Virus record (IMG/VR): IMGVR_UViG_3300027747_001183 | Length of the DNA: 64,000 nucleotides | Direction: 5' to 3' (one strand) | From: a virus | Shown here: piece after piece, positions 18,766 to 29,102 of the stretch | Position numbering within the stretch: the stretch's first letter is position 1 | Layout: each line of letters begins with the position of its first letter | Position numbers and translations under genes: made by a program | The notes under the pieces: generated by a model | What the model was told of the DNA's origin: nothing | What the model saw: the letters and a program-made list of their open reading frames with translations, nothing else | Databases searched by the model: none

Positions 18766-19107
18766 TTAGCAGTTCCACTTTCTTAGTGCTTTATTGATTC
18801 TTGAGTCCGGGTCATGTGCTGTCTTAGAAGAAGTCAGTCTCTTCTTCATCCCACCCATGCGCGCGCAGAATGACTTGCGGCGATTGGCTGCCTTAGAGCC
18901 CTTCTTAAGCTTCGACGGCTTAGTAGTAACTGGTGCCTTGAGGTGGCTTCCAGTAGTATGGTTGTAGTGGTCGCGACCCTTCTGAGTCAGCCCACCAGTA
19001 GAGCTCTTGAAACCCTTGGAGTCTACTGCAGCCTCGTCGATCGACGATTGAATGCAGGTGCATCCCTCTCCACAACCCACTTCTCTAAATTCTCTGAAAG
19101 TCTTCAT
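18766..19107 (-). CDS. Putative internal head protein (DUF6321-like)
   Basis: MKTFREFRE N-terminus; GGLTQKGR..RRKSFCARM..LRKWNC. Confidence 0.65.
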   Translation of the reverse strand: MKTFREFREVGCGEGCTCIQSSIDEAAVDSKGFKSSTGGLTQKGRDHYNHTTGSHLKAPVTTKPSKLKKGSKAANRRKSFCARMGGMKKRLTSSKTAHDPDSRINKALRKWNC

Positions 19108-19328
19108 GGCCTTAGCTCCGGATACTTTTTATGAAGCTCTTCTTTAGGAAGCTCATGAATGTCTTTCCACATGTTAGCTTCTTTTTTAGTCTTAGTCGAG
19201 CGTATGTGTCTGCCGTTCTCATCGTGAACGTGCCATTCAGTATCGCCTGTAGTATTCCCGCGATAGCTCACGTTCTTAGTGATTACGGCTTTCTTTTCTT
19301 CACCCATGAATTCTTTGAAAGTCTTCAT
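19104..19328 (-). CDS. Putative internal head protein
   Basis: MKTFKEFMGE resembles T4 capsid-targeting sequence MKTYQEFIAE. Confidence 0.6.
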   Translation of the reverse strand: MKTFKEFMGEEKKAVITKNVSYRGNTTGDTEWHVHDENGRHIRSTKTKKEANMWKDIHELPKEELHKKYPELRP

Positions 19329-21190
19329 TGTGAGTCCTTAAAGTCTTTATTAGTAGGGGCGCCCTTGGAACCCGGCTTTCTCATGTGCTCGCCAGAACCA
19401 TTCTTGATTCTCTTGCGCTTTGCCCAGATGTTGTCCCATAGACCGCGCTTTTCCTGTACTACTTCTTCTTTCATATTCTCGTGGCATGCACCGCAGTTCA
19501 TGCCCTTCTTCTCTACCGGAGCACCACACTCCGGACACTTGTACATCTTCTTGTCTTCTTTTAATTTTGCACGAACAGCTTTCTGAGCGCCATCGAGCGT
19601 CCTATACTTTACCGGGTCACGATCATTACCGTGCATTATTGTATATGATTTGCTGTCTCCACCGTAATGAATTGAAGAATCGCCAGTGTGATGCCTCCAC
19701 ATTCCTGGTCTAACGAGTTTAAATTCTTCTTCATCCCATTTTGGTGCTTTTGCTTCAGTCCTAACGTTATCTTCTTTCATACCAATGCCAGGAGGTACTT
19801 TATCAACGTCAGGAAGCACATAAGGTCCTGGTTTTTTTATACCTGCAGCTTTTCTGACAGCATTTTTTACTGTGTTATAAGCAGCTTTAGATTTGTATGG
19901 AACATTATCTATTTCATGGCGTCTATGTACAGCACCAACTAATCGTGGCGAGAGTTCAAATAGTTGTTCAAAATCTTCATTAGTTTTCTTTTTAATTGCA
20001 TCATATGCAGCAGAATTTTTTTCCATCTCTTGGCGATATTTGTCGCTAGAGTTAGGCTCTACGCCTTTTGCTTTCATAGCTTTTTTAATTTTAGAAGCAG
20101 CAGAAACATATCCTTTACCGTATTTTTCATCAATAACTTTCTTTACGATTGATTGCTGACGATATGGTCTATCATCTTTTTTACGATCTTTATCATTACG
20201 AACAGTTAAATCGATAGTGTGTCTATCTTGACCTGAGCGAGGTACCGCCTCGCGGTGCTTTCCAAACTTCTCACCGGGAGTATCACCCCTGTATGTCTTG
20301 GTAAGTGAAGTAGTACCCCACTCGCGCTTGCTTGTGTCTGCTCTATTGTAAGCTTCTTCTATCGCGTCGAGTAGACTGTGGGTGTCGTCTGTGTCGATCA
20401 TCATGGCAGCACTGAAGAGGTCGTCTATGTCTTCCTTTACCTTCTTCTTGCTTGCCTTGTTGATGTCGCTCATCATCTCTTCGGCGTGCTTGTGAAGCTC
20501 AGTCGGAAGACCCGACTTGAACGCGGAGATGTTTCCATTCTTTGCATGCTCGCGCATCTTGGTGCCAGAAATACCCTTTGTACCTTCAGCGTCTGGGTCG
20601 CGATCGATCTTCTTTACTGTAATAGACTTAAAGTTGTAGTGGATCTTACCGCTCTTATCCGGCTTTCCGTTGTACCTATGAAGCAGCTTCTCATATTCAT
20701 CAGCCCTGTCAGCTCCAGCCACGACAACTAAGTGGTGGGCGTGTCTGTTAAGCCTAGCAGCAGTATCTATGATGCTGGGGGCTTCCCTAGAAGTGGATGA
20801 AACGTGAGTACTAGGTAAAGCTACTTTCTTTAGGTACTCAACTTTCTTTGACGTTGGAATCGGATTCTTTTCGTCTTCCTCAGAGTGTGATGTCACGACG
20901 TGTGCAGAACCACCGACTCTCTTGGCCTCGGCTTCTACCGCCCTGATGACCTTTACGTGACCCTTGTGGACCGGCTGCGCCCTCATGTTAAGGTTGGTCA
21001 CGGCAGTGTGCTCTGCGGCTTCCTGTACTGGGTTCATCTCGATCTTGTCGATAGGTGACCCAGTCATGGCAACTCCGCCCTTGACGATCTCATCGTTGAC
21101 CTTGGTGTTCTTAAGTCTCTTCTTCGAGACTCCGACCTTGTTCTCGTCGGCTGCAGTAGTGTTGCTCGTGGTATTATTGGTCTCTGCCAT
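19325..21190 (-). CDS. HIGH-family cytidylyltransferase-like domain within a probable protease-processed virion polyprotein
   Basis: RAQPVHKGH, VVAGADR, ISGTKMR; many hydrophobic-x-E sites; TATAAATA at 21212-21219. Confidence 0.7.
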   Translation of the reverse strand: MAETNNTTSNTTAADENKVGVSKKRLKNTKVNDEIVKGGVAMTGSPIDKIEMNPVQEAAEHTAVTNLNMRAQPVHKGHVKVIRAVEAEAKRVGGSAHVVTSHSEEDEKNPIPTSKKVEYLKKVALPSTHVSSTSREAPSIIDTAARLNRHAHHLVVVAGADRADEYEKLLHRYNGKPDKSGKIHYNFKSITVKKIDRDPDAEGTKGISGTKMREHAKNGNISAFKSGLPTELHKHAEEMMSDINKASKKKVKEDIDDLFSAAMMIDTDDTHSLLDAIEEAYNRADTSKREWGTTSLTKTYRGDTPGEKFGKHREAVPRSGQDRHTIDLTVRNDKDRKKDDRPYRQQSIVKKVIDEKYGKGYVSAASKIKKAMKAKGVEPNSSDKYRQEMEKNSAAYDAIKKKTNEDFEQLFELSPRLVGAVHRRHEIDNVPYKSKAAYNTVKNAVRKAAGIKKPGPYVLPDVDKVPPGIGMKEDNVRTEAKAPKWDEEEFKLVRPGMWRHHTGDSSIHYGGDSKSYTIMHGNDRDPVKYRTLDGAQKAVRAKLKEDKKMYKCPECGAPVEKKGMNCGACHENMKEEVVQEKRGLWDNIWAKRKRIKNGSGEHMRKPGSKGAPTNKDFKDSQ

Positions 21191-21214
21191 CTGAATCTCT
21201 TCTTTTATTTTTAT

Positions 21215-21850
21215 TTATAAAGGCTTCATTACTGTGTCTGCACCAGATCGAGCGACTACGTGGTACTCAAAGTCGGCTAGGTAGTTGATAGGACCAGCAT
21301 GCGCGTTCTCGCATATGATGACTGGCTTATGCTTCTTGATACTATTTATTAGACCCATGAGTGCAAAGTGCTCTCCGCCCTCGATGTCTAGATATATCAA
21401 GTCCAGCTTCTCGTACTCAAAGGTGTCTCCACGCATCATTATAGAGTCACCGCCGTACGTCCTCTCGAAGGCTACGCTTCCAGTCCCGCGGTTATTGTTT
21501 GCTGGGTGGTTGAACGTGCACCACTTGTTCTCGTTCCCGAGTGCAGCATTGAACTTGATGATCCTCTTAGACTCACAGTTCTGCGCTAGGCAGAAGAAGT
21601 TTACTGGGTCCGGCTCAAACGTCACTACTCTCTCAAAGATGTCAGACAGCAGTCTCGGGTACATACCCGCCCCTCCGCCTGCCTGTATGACGGTATGTCG
21701 TGACTTGCAATGGTCGAGTATGATGTCCCTTATAGCTCCCCACTCTTGACTCGGGCCTGCCCACAGACCTGAGTCTTCCCACGGCCATACCCAGTCCCCT
21801 ACGCCGTCTATAGTACGCGCTTCTATCTTAGTCTCGAAACCTGGCTTCAT
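21215..21850 (-). CDS. FkbM-family SAM methyltransferase
   Basis: VIQAGGGAGMYP, TFEPDP, LIYLDIEGGE, KPVIICE. Confidence 0.85.
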   Translation of the reverse strand: MKPGFETKIEARTIDGVGDWVWPWEDSGLWAGPSQEWGAIRDIILDHCKSRHTVIQAGGGAGMYPRLLSDIFERVVTFEPDPVNFFCLAQNCESKRIIKFNAALGNENKWCTFNHPANNNRGTGSVAFERTYGGDSIMMRGDTFEYEKLDLIYLDIEGGEHFALMGLINSIKKHKPVIICENAHAGPINYLADFEYHVVARSGADTVMKPL

Positions 21851-22956
21851 GCTACTACTCCTCTAGACTTTGGTATCTTAGAGTCTGCAGATGATACGCA
21901 CGACTTAGATATGCATACCGTAGGCTTATCAAACAGCTTGAAGCCAGTCTCTATGTTTCCGAGCGGCTTGTCCGAGCAGCTGTAGCTTCTCTTGATGTTG
22001 CCGTCTGGTTCTCTGATAACGATGCTCTGGTAACCGGAGTTACAGGACCAACCTTTGAACTGGTTGAAGTTGAAAGCATTGAATCTTTCAGCCTGATCCA
22101 TATACCACTTTTTACCCGTGTTATCTTCAAGCTCGACATTGAACTGCTGAGGAACATTTGCGCCATCCTTTTCTAGGTCTAGTATAGGCTCTAAGTCTAT
22201 CGGCCTGATTATCTTTGTCTTTGACTCCGTATACGCTCTCTGGGGCATGCCGTTATGGAGCTTAGACATCATCTCTTCTGTATATCCAGAGACTACGTAG
22301 GAAGCCTTTGGGTCTGACTGAGGCTTGAGCGTGACATTGATTCCACGGTCGTGAAAGTACAGCGCTTCTTCATAGAGCATGTCAAACCACTCTGGAACCA
22401 TTACCATGTTGATAGTAACGCTTACGCCGTATGTCTGTAGAAACTCAAGCTTGTCTGCAAATAGAGACATCTTCTCCGGAGTGTTGATGTACTCACGGTG
22501 ATAGCTAGCCGTGATCATTGCCTTGCTGAACTTTACAGATAAGTCCACATACTTCTGAAACCACTTCATGTTCTGAGACAGATTAGTAGTCATATGTATC
22601 GAAGTGTAGTTTGTATTTTGAACGTCGTCTGCTAGGTGCTGAAGTATGTCCAGATAGCCTGGATGAAAAGTAGGCTCTCCACCACTAAGGCTAAAGTGAA
22701 AGCTGTTGAATCCATTTTCCCTCGCTTGTCTCTTTATCTCGTCTACAGTTCTAAGGCATAGCTCTGTCGGTCTATGATCTTTCTGTTGACTGTGAGCATA
22801 CGGCCAGCAGTATGAGCAGTTGTAGTTGCAGAATCTTCCTAGAATCCAGCTTACTGTAAACATGTCGCGATAGAGCATAGACATCTGGCCGATCTTTACT
22901 ATTCGGTCAAACGGTATCTTAGAGAAGTCGTAGCTGCTTAGTTCAAGTTCATTCAT
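21847..22956 (-). CDS. Radical SAM protein with C-terminal SPASM/Twitch-like cysteines
   Basis: CNYNCSYC, SGGEPT, WSCNSG..SYSC..CISKSC. Confidence 0.9.
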   Translation of the reverse strand: MNELELSSYDFSKIPFDRIVKIGQMSMLYRDMFTVSWILGRFCNYNCSYCWPYAHSQQKDHRPTELCLRTVDEIKRQARENGFNSFHFSLSGGEPTFHPGYLDILQHLADDVQNTNYTSIHMTTNLSQNMKWFQKYVDLSVKFSKAMITASYHREYINTPEKMSLFADKLEFLQTYGVSVTINMVMVPEWFDMLYEEALYFHDRGINVTLKPQSDPKASYVVSGYTEEMMSKLHNGMPQRAYTESKTKIIRPIDLEPILDLEKDGANVPQQFNVELEDNTGKKWYMDQAERFNAFNFNQFKGWSCNSGYQSIVIREPDGNIKRSYSCSDKPLGNIETGFKLFDKPTVCISKSCVSSADSKIPKSRGVVA

Positions 22957-23515
22957 GCCACATGTCACCCTGCATCGGGTCGATGCTTAACTCATTGATG
23001 TTTAAGTGTCTAGGTTGTTCTATAACCCACTTAATATATAAAGCGATCTCGTCTATAGGTATACACTTTCTAGTAGGGTGCTTTTCTTGATTGTTTGACA
23101 GCGTACCAAAGCTTATGTAAGAAACCTTACAAGGGGGTGCAGAAGACCAAACGGACGATCTAGTTATATCGTTGCTCAGGTCCCTTAGTGCCCTCTTCTC
23201 AGAACCGTATAGCCATACTCTACCACCGGCAACCCTGTCTATAGTACTACCAATGTTTATTATGTGGGTCTCAGCGTTCCACTCCATGCACTTAGCGTAC
23301 ATTTCCTGCAGCATCAGCGTCTGGTTAAAGTTATGAAGCGCGGAGTTGTTTATAAACACGTCATGCTGGCACGCTTCCTGCGCTACCCTCTCGCGATCTT
23401 TCTTAGTCGTAAGATCGTATCCGCTGCTCTTACTAAAGAAAGTAGCTTCAGGGTATATCTTGTATATAGAAGCTGCGAGACCTTTCTTTGGATTACCAGT
23501 CAAACATAGTTTCAT
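22949..23515 (-). CDS. Short-chain dehydrogenase/reductase-like protein
   Basis: LTGNPKKGLA, FINNSA, IINIGS, YGSEK (YxxxK). Confidence 0.75.
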   Translation of the reverse strand: MKLCLTGNPKKGLAASIYKIYPEATFFSKSSGYDLTTKKDRERVAQEACQHDVFINNSALHNFNQTLMLQEMYAKCMEWNAETHIINIGSTIDRVAGGRVWLYGSEKRALRDLSNDITRSSVWSSAPPCKVSYISFGTLSNNQEKHPTRKCIPIDEIALYIKWVIEQPRHLNINELSIDPMQGDMWHE

Positions 23516-24221
23516 ATCTTAATCCATTATCTATTAGTAGCTTCTTGTGAAATTCTCTATATGAGTCTATATCAGATAGTCTAAATTCAACGCCAAACAT
23601 ATCTTCTAGTTCGTGCACATATCTATAGCCGTTCTCAAATAGAAGTCTATCCATGTAGACTATAGTCTCATTATTCATGTACTCAGGAGATCGATTCCTA
23701 TAGAAACTATATACAGACGTATTATTATAGTGATCGAGTGCTTTCTTCTTTAGTAAGAACTTATATATCTTCTCGTTGTCGCGATTGTCTATGTCAAGCG
23801 CTATGTTTATAGACCCGGGAAATATATCATGCAGTGGAAGAAAAAGCTGGTTTCCATACGTATGGTGAGTGTTAAAGACTGCGAGAGTCTCTCTGAGATG
23901 ATTCATCTGGCCACGAAGATCGTCTACTATGTTTCTCTTGAATTGAGTCTCTTCATTGTCAAATACTATCTCAAAGTACTTTATCTGCCTTCTTGCAAAC
24001 AGCGTATTTTCATTAAAAAAGTGAGCCCTGTAAAGCTCACTTCTCCAGAGTCCAACTATTATGTCTAGATTCTTTACGCCATGAGAAGAGGTAATACCCG
24101 GAGTAGTATACGTGGTAGTCAGACCCTCGGATATGACCATATCATTTCTCATTATAAGATTAGCTAGAAAGTCACCACCATAGGAGTGTGGATAGTTTAT
24201 AGTAATGAGCTTATCGAACAT
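23493..24221 (-). CDS. Hypothetical protein, possibly P-loop/sulfotransferase-like
   Basis: AT-rich ORF; YPHSYGGDFL N-terminal motif. Confidence 0.55.
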   Translation of the reverse strand: MFDKLITINYPHSYGGDFLANLIMRNDMVISEGLTTTYTTPGITSSHGVKNLDIIVGLWRSELYRAHFFNENTLFARRQIKYFEIVFDNEETQFKRNIVDDLRGQMNHLRETLAVFNTHHTYGNQLFLPLHDIFPGSINIALDIDNRDNEKIYKFLLKKKALDHYNNTSVYSFYRNRSPEYMNNETIVYMDRLLFENGYRYVHELEDMFGVEFRLSDIDSYREFHKKLLIDNGLRYETMFDW

Positions 24222-25360
24222 TACTCCGGCTTCTTGAACCTCGTGTTATTCAAGATAGCGTTTGATACTTTCTTGGGTACTAGCTTCGCGATAGGACGAT
24301 TATTCCTCTGTAGAACTATTCCCTCACCCGGCGACTTCTTACCGTCGATGCTGGTGTGCATGTCTGGATGCTCTACACCCCTGAGTACGTGCTCAGTAGC
24401 CTGCTCAAGGTGGTGATGGATATCGAGCGACCTCTGGAAGTGATGGGCGTGCTTGTCGACGTGCGCAATGAGGGCAGCGTGCTCGGCTACTTTTCTCTCT
24501 TTTGCAGCAGGAGTCTTTACCTTGCTAGCAGCCTTGGCACCCTCGCTCTCTAGGTGCTTCTTGTATCCCTCGACAGACGGCGTCTCACCCTTGCGAGTGG
24601 TACGGTTAATGTAGGTAGCGAAGTGAACTTGATGCTCTGGAGTCAGGTGATGGGACGTATGACCGGCCAGCAGAGCCTTGGCCGCGTTTAGGTGGTGTTC
24701 AGTAGCAGCCCTGTCTTTCTCAGAGTAGGTGCTCGGATCTGGATGGTACTCGTGCTCAGGAGTAAAGATCTTAGAAGACTTCTTGGTAGCACCCTTTGAG
24801 AGCGCCTGAGCCTTTCCACCCTTGTACTCAGTATGGAGTGCAACTCCGAGAGGAGCCCTAGTCCTAGCCTTGTACGTGATCCTGTTAGGGGTCATCGAGG
24901 TGTTCTCACCGCTCTTCTTAGTCTCATCTGAAGGTGTATACAGCATGTCGCCCTGTACGTGGTGACCCCTGTTGACTACCTCGTGTCCGTGCGCAAGTAC
25001 GTGCTTGAGTGCGGCCGCGTAGCCCGGTGCGTGCCCGAAGTGCTTGTCGACTTCTTCTGGAGTACGAGCGACTACACCCCTAGCAAACCTGTGCTTATCA
25101 GACACCGCCACGCCGTGCTCGTCGTGGATGATGTGAATGGAAGCTCCGCCGTCGGTCTTCAGCGAGGCCTTGATCGGACTGGACTTACCCATCCTAGAAT
25201 TATGGAACTGACGGATCAAGTCGTGTCCTAGGTTGGCGTGCTCCGGAGACTCGTGAGCTATAGCTTTAGCGTGAGTAAGGTGACCGAGCTGCTCAGTATC
25301 GATCGAAGTTCCTACAGCTTTAGTCTTGGCTTCTGTGATGAATGATGCGAATGTTAACAT
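24221..25360 (-). CDS. His-rich putative internal head protein with RNA-ligase-like motifs (DUF6267-like)
   Basis: MLTFASFITE; LKTDG, VQGDML, EGIVL, AKLV; about 10% His by hand count. Confidence 0.65.
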   Translation of the reverse strand: MLTFASFITEAKTKAVGTSIDTEQLGHLTHAKAIAHESPEHANLGHDLIRQFHNSRMGKSSPIKASLKTDGGASIHIIHDEHGVAVSDKHRFARGVVARTPEEVDKHFGHAPGYAAALKHVLAHGHEVVNRGHHVQGDMLYTPSDETKKSGENTSMTPNRITYKARTRAPLGVALHTEYKGGKAQALSKGATKKSSKIFTPEHEYHPDPSTYSEKDRAATEHHLNAAKALLAGHTSHHLTPEHQVHFATYINRTTRKGETPSVEGYKKHLESEGAKAASKVKTPAAKERKVAEHAALIAHVDKHAHHFQRSLDIHHHLEQATEHVLRGVEHPDMHTSIDGKKSPGEGIVLQRNNRPIAKLVPKKVSNAILNNTRFKKPE

Positions 25361-25361
25361 G

Positions 25362-26336
25362 TTAATTCTTTGTCTCGTAGTCCATCTTTACATTGCCTGG
25401 ACGATTTTCGTCGCTTTTTTTCTTGTTTTTCTTGCCTTTTGGAAGTGCAATTCTAGGTATTCCTACCTTGATCGGCTGATTGTTAGTCTCAGTATCGTGG
25501 ATGTGCGGTGCCTGACCAGCAATAGTAGTTACTAGGTGAGTAGCAGTACCAGTCTCACCGTGGCCAAACTTACCGTGACCAGTGGCAGCCTCGTGCGCTA
25601 CGTGCTGTAGTAGACCCGGGTGCTTCTCATGTATATCATTCATGTGCTGCTGAGCTTCGTCTCTCAGCCTATGCAATTCATTCCTGTCATTAGTATACTG
25701 CATGGCATTTAGATTTGACTGGATCTTTTCTACGTGACCCATCACTTCTCTATGATGCTGAGCAGTAAATCCCCTGTTAGCTTTTGCGTGCTGAGCAAGT
25801 GCGTGGGAATACGTAGCACGAAATTCATTTGGCTCTGCCGACATCAGCTGCGAATCACCCTTCTTAAGCGAAATTGATATTCTCTCTTTGGGGTTTTTCG
25901 GGTGAGACAGCACTATGTCTGCCTTAGATGTCTTATTTGTTGCACCAGAACTCTTCCACGTATCAGAAAGTTTTCCTGTTTCTCTACCAGCCACATGAGC
26001 CTGATACTTCTGAGCTACTGCCTTTTTGAAAGAAGGATGATTGGCCATGCCGTGCACTGCATGAGCAGCGTGACGTAGCTCATTGTAGTATGCAGCTTCA
26101 TGTTCTGGCTTCTTTCCGCCAGTAAATCCGTCCTGGGCGTTTGCAAAGTTTAGTGGATGATTCTTGTCTTTCTTTGCAGCCTCTATCTCTCTGTGAAGGT
26201 GCTCTGGACTGGATAGTAGTCTAGAAGCTTCTGGGTGTTTTACTGCATGGTTCCACAGTGATGACAGTGCATATTCGTCACTGTATCCAGACTTAGTAGC
26301 TTCTTGTAGGGATTGGTAGTCGCTGAAGGTTAGCAT
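25362..26336 (-). CDS. His-rich putative internal head protein, PD-(D/E)xK nuclease-like
   Basis: MLTFSDYQSLQE; TSKADIVL..ISISLKK; late-like TAATAAATA at 26358-26366. Confidence 0.55.
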   Translation of the reverse strand: MLTFSDYQSLQEATKSGYSDEYALSSLWNHAVKHPEASRLLSSPEHLHREIEAAKKDKNHPLNFANAQDGFTGGKKPEHEAAYYNELRHAAHAVHGMANHPSFKKAVAQKYQAHVAGRETGKLSDTWKSSGATNKTSKADIVLSHPKNPKERISISLKKGDSQLMSAEPNEFRATYSHALAQHAKANRGFTAQHHREVMGHVEKIQSNLNAMQYTNDRNELHRLRDEAQQHMNDIHEKHPGLLQHVAHEAATGHGKFGHGETGTATHLVTTIAGQAPHIHDTETNNQPIKVGIPRIALPKGKKNKKKSDENRPGNVKMDYETKN

Positions 26337-26356
26337 ATCTGATCTCCGCTTTTCTT

Positions 26357-27745
26357 TTATTTATTAAATATGCTCTGCATCTCTGGGAATGTTTCGTAGA
26401 AGCTGTTGCCTCGAGTCTTGTCGCAGAGCTCTAGGAACTCTTTCATCTCAGGAAGTCGTACAGACCAGTCTTCAGACTCCATGAACTGCACCATTCCCAT
26501 GAGCCTGTCGATCCCGTACTCAGCCCTGCGCCAGTTGTCGTAGCTGACCTTACCGCCGGCCATCTTCTCCCAGTTCTCTTCTAGCCAAGGGATAAACTCC
26601 TCGTACTTCTTTCTGACCTCGGCCTTGAACCACTTGGGTAGCACTTTTACGTTGAGGTGCGCCGGATAGTAGACAAAGTGGAAGCTGACCATTCCGCCGC
26701 CGTGTGGCCATACATTGATCTTCTTGAAGTTCTGCTCAACCTTCCACTTGATAAAGTCAGGTATGTAGAAAATGTTGAGCGCCTGCACTGCACATGCGAT
26801 CGTCACCTCGACATTGTCTGTCGTCTGGGTATCTAGTATGCGCATGACTTCGGCTGTGCGTTGCCACTTAGACGGGTATCTAATGTATTCGTTGCGCTCA
26901 AAGACATCGTCTACCGAATAGTGAAAGCGTACGAACTTAAAATGAGACCAGAGCTCAAACAGGTCTTCTCTCCACTCAACGCCGTTTGAGTTGTAGCGCA
27001 GCTCTAGGTTCTTAGCATACCCAAGCTCTATACACTTCTCTAATATGTCGTAGTGCTCTTCGATAATGAGGCTCTCGCCACCGGCAAAGTATATCTGCTG
27101 CATGTTGGGTATCTGGTCATAGAACTGCTCCCAGAACTTTGGGTTGTTCTTGTGCCAGTTATACGAAGAACCATTATTGCTTCCTTTGTTATCCCACTTA
27201 GAATTCTCTCTTAGATTGGCGTTCTTGATCTGAGGGAATATCTCTTTCCATTCTTTTAACCAACCGGAGCTATCGTGAGGGCTGCACATTACGCATGCCA
27301 GCTGACACTTAGTTCCAAAGCGAAGGTCGATGTATGGAAGATATGGAGGAACTGTACCATCCCATTCAGTGTTTTCTATGAGCTTATCTACGTCTACTCT
27401 CTGAGACCAATATGCGGTCTCCCACATTCTCTTGCTCTTATGTCCAGCTGCTTCTTCTTTGAAGCACTTTATGCAGCTTAGAGGTTTCTCTCCGTCAAGC
27501 ATCTGAGTGCGAACGTTCTTCATGTACTTCGAGTTCCAACTCGAGAGTAGGTCAGAAACGTTTAGGTTATTAGGCTTGCCATCATCAGTCTTTAATATGC
27601 CAACCTGACCACCCTTGCTGCTGTCTTGAGTTGGGCCTACACCAGATGCATTAGCAGTACAGCAAACGCGCATGGATCCATCTGGGCGAGTGCTCAGATG
27701 GATCCATGGCAGTATGCACCAAGTATCTGATGGTGGGTTGTTCAC
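26357..27745 (-). CDS. Radical SAM protein with N-terminal Twitch-like domain
   Basis: CILPW..RVCC..CIKC; DLRFGTKCQLACVMC; FAGGES. Confidence 0.9.
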   Translation of the reverse strand: MNNPPSDTWCILPWIHLSTRPDGSMRVCCTANASGVGPTQDSSKGGQVGILKTDDGKPNNLNVSDLLSSWNSKYMKNVRTQMLDGEKPLSCIKCFKEEAAGHKSKRMWETAYWSQRVDVDKLIENTEWDGTVPPYLPYIDLRFGTKCQLACVMCSPHDSSGWLKEWKEIFPQIKNANLRENSKWDNKGSNNGSSYNWHKNNPKFWEQFYDQIPNMQQIYFAGGESLIIEEHYDILEKCIELGYAKNLELRYNSNGVEWREDLFELWSHFKFVRFHYSVDDVFERNEYIRYPSKWQRTAEVMRILDTQTTDNVEVTIACAVQALNIFYIPDFIKWKVEQNFKKINVWPHGGGMVSFHFVYYPAHLNVKVLPKWFKAEVRKKYEEFIPWLEENWEKMAGGKVSYDNWRRAEYGIDRLMGMVQFMESEDWSVRLPEMKEFLELCDKTRGNSFYETFPEMQSIFNK

Positions 27746-28399
27746 TTAGAACTTTACAGTGAACGAGCCAGTTACAGAGTCACCGGTAGTGACGTACGCA
27801 GAGTCGAAGCTCCGAGCGATCTTTGCAGATACGCTGTACGCAGGGGTGATGTCGTACGTAATGCCGGTTGAGAGCTGGTGGCTCTGGTAGCTGTACGTAG
27901 AAGCGTCGATCGCGTTGCGGAAGCGGTACCCAACGGCGTTGATCGTTAGGCCGTTGCCTACTGCGTAGTCAGCGTTACCGTACGCTGCGTAGTATGGGAA
28001 GTTACCCGAGTCTACGAAGCGCTCACCGACGCCGACTTTACCAGAAAGCGTAATGCCGTAGACTGCTGGAAGTGCGTATCCAGCCTGTACTTCAAGGTTC
28101 TGCTTGAGGTTTGCGCCGGAAACCTGAGTCGTAGCGGCTAGACCGCCGACCGAGAATCCTGCACCGAGGCTGTGCTTGTAAGATACCTGATACGCGTCGT
28201 CTACCTTTGCGCCGAAGTTGGTGCCGAGGTCTTGACCGTACTGCACTGAAAGACTGTCGGCTGAAGCAGGAGCAGCAGGTGCTGCAGCTACTGGAGCTGG
28301 AGTCGGCAGTGGAGCCTTCTTCTTGTTTGGCAAGTCAGTTGCGAAAGCGCTGGTAGCAAGCAGTGCTGCAGCCGCAGTCGTGATAAGTAGCTTATTCAT
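27746..28399 (-). CDS. Outer-membrane beta-barrel/porin, alphaproteobacterial type
   Basis: Signal peptide then ATDLPNKKKAP; amphipathic beta strands; terminal VKF. Confidence 0.8.
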   Translation of the reverse strand: MNKLLITTAAAALLATSAFATDLPNKKKAPLPTPAPVAAAPAAPASADSLSVQYGQDLGTNFGAKVDDAYQVSYKHSLGAGFSVGGLAATTQVSGANLKQNLEVQAGYALPAVYGITLSGKVGVGERFVDSGNFPYYAAYGNADYAVGNGLTINAVGYRFRNAIDASTYSYQSHQLSTGITYDITPAYSVSAKIARSFDSAYVTTGDSVTGSFTVKF

Positions 28400-28422
28400 T
28401 TTCTTCTCCTAGTTATAGATGA

Positions 28423-28911
28423 CTAGCCTTCCACCACGAGGTTCTCGTGAGTGAGCTTATTCTTTTGTGCCCACTGGACGACTAGTCCGATTGCACGCCC
28501 ATGGGCTTCTATCTCCCACGGCGTATCCCAATAGTCAACCTTCGACGTATCAAAGCGCTGACCGTTAAACTTGTACACTTTCCGCTCACGCTGAAGCTCA
28601 AAGATCTCACCCTTAGCCCACTGCTTCACGTGAACGAGCTCATGCGCTAAGCTATTTAACAAGAGGTTAAGGCGCTGGTCTGGATCGATCTGGATCGTAA
28701 ACTCTTTAGGACGGTAGTGATTGTCCTCCCAGATGCAGTTTGCATGCTGGTCCGTATTCTTAAAGAGATCTTTCTCGAAGTAGACGTCTATCTTCAGCTT
28801 GTCACGCTTTGGCTTTGTGAAGAACTTCTCAAGCACGAACTCGCCTAGGCTCTTCATGCGCTTGAGGTCCATCCTGTTCCAGACATGCTTAGTGCCGTGA
28901 TAGTGTATCAT
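28423..28911 (-). CDS. Zincin-like metallopeptidase
   Basis: LAHELVHVKQ..PWEIEAH. Confidence 0.75.
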   Translation of the reverse strand: MIHYHGTKHVWNRMDLKRMKSLGEFVLEKFFTKPKRDKLKIDVYFEKDLFKNTDQHANCIWEDNHYRPKEFTIQIDPDQRLNLLLNSLAHELVHVKQWAKGEIFELQRERKVYKFNGQRFDTSKVDYWDTPWEIEAHGRAIGLVVQWAQKNKLTHENLVVEG

Positions 28912-29102
28912 GCTCGATATACCTTATTTGTCTCAAACACCGTGATCTTATGGTAGACTCCGCGGTCCTTCATGGACTCACTCAGTCGCGACTCCGTGAT
29001 CTTACGGGCATCAAAGGCAGCGTCTTCGCTATCAAAGACTGCCACGACATGAGACTCGCGATAGGTAGGATCTACCTCAATGATGACGTATGACTGCATC
29101 AT
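28908..29102 (-). CDS. Early hypothetical protein
   Basis: Operon packing downstream of cassette promoter. Confidence 0.55.
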   Translation of the reverse strand: MMQSYVIIEVDPTYRESHVVAVFDSEDAAFDARKITESRLSESMKDRGVYHKITVFETNKVYRA

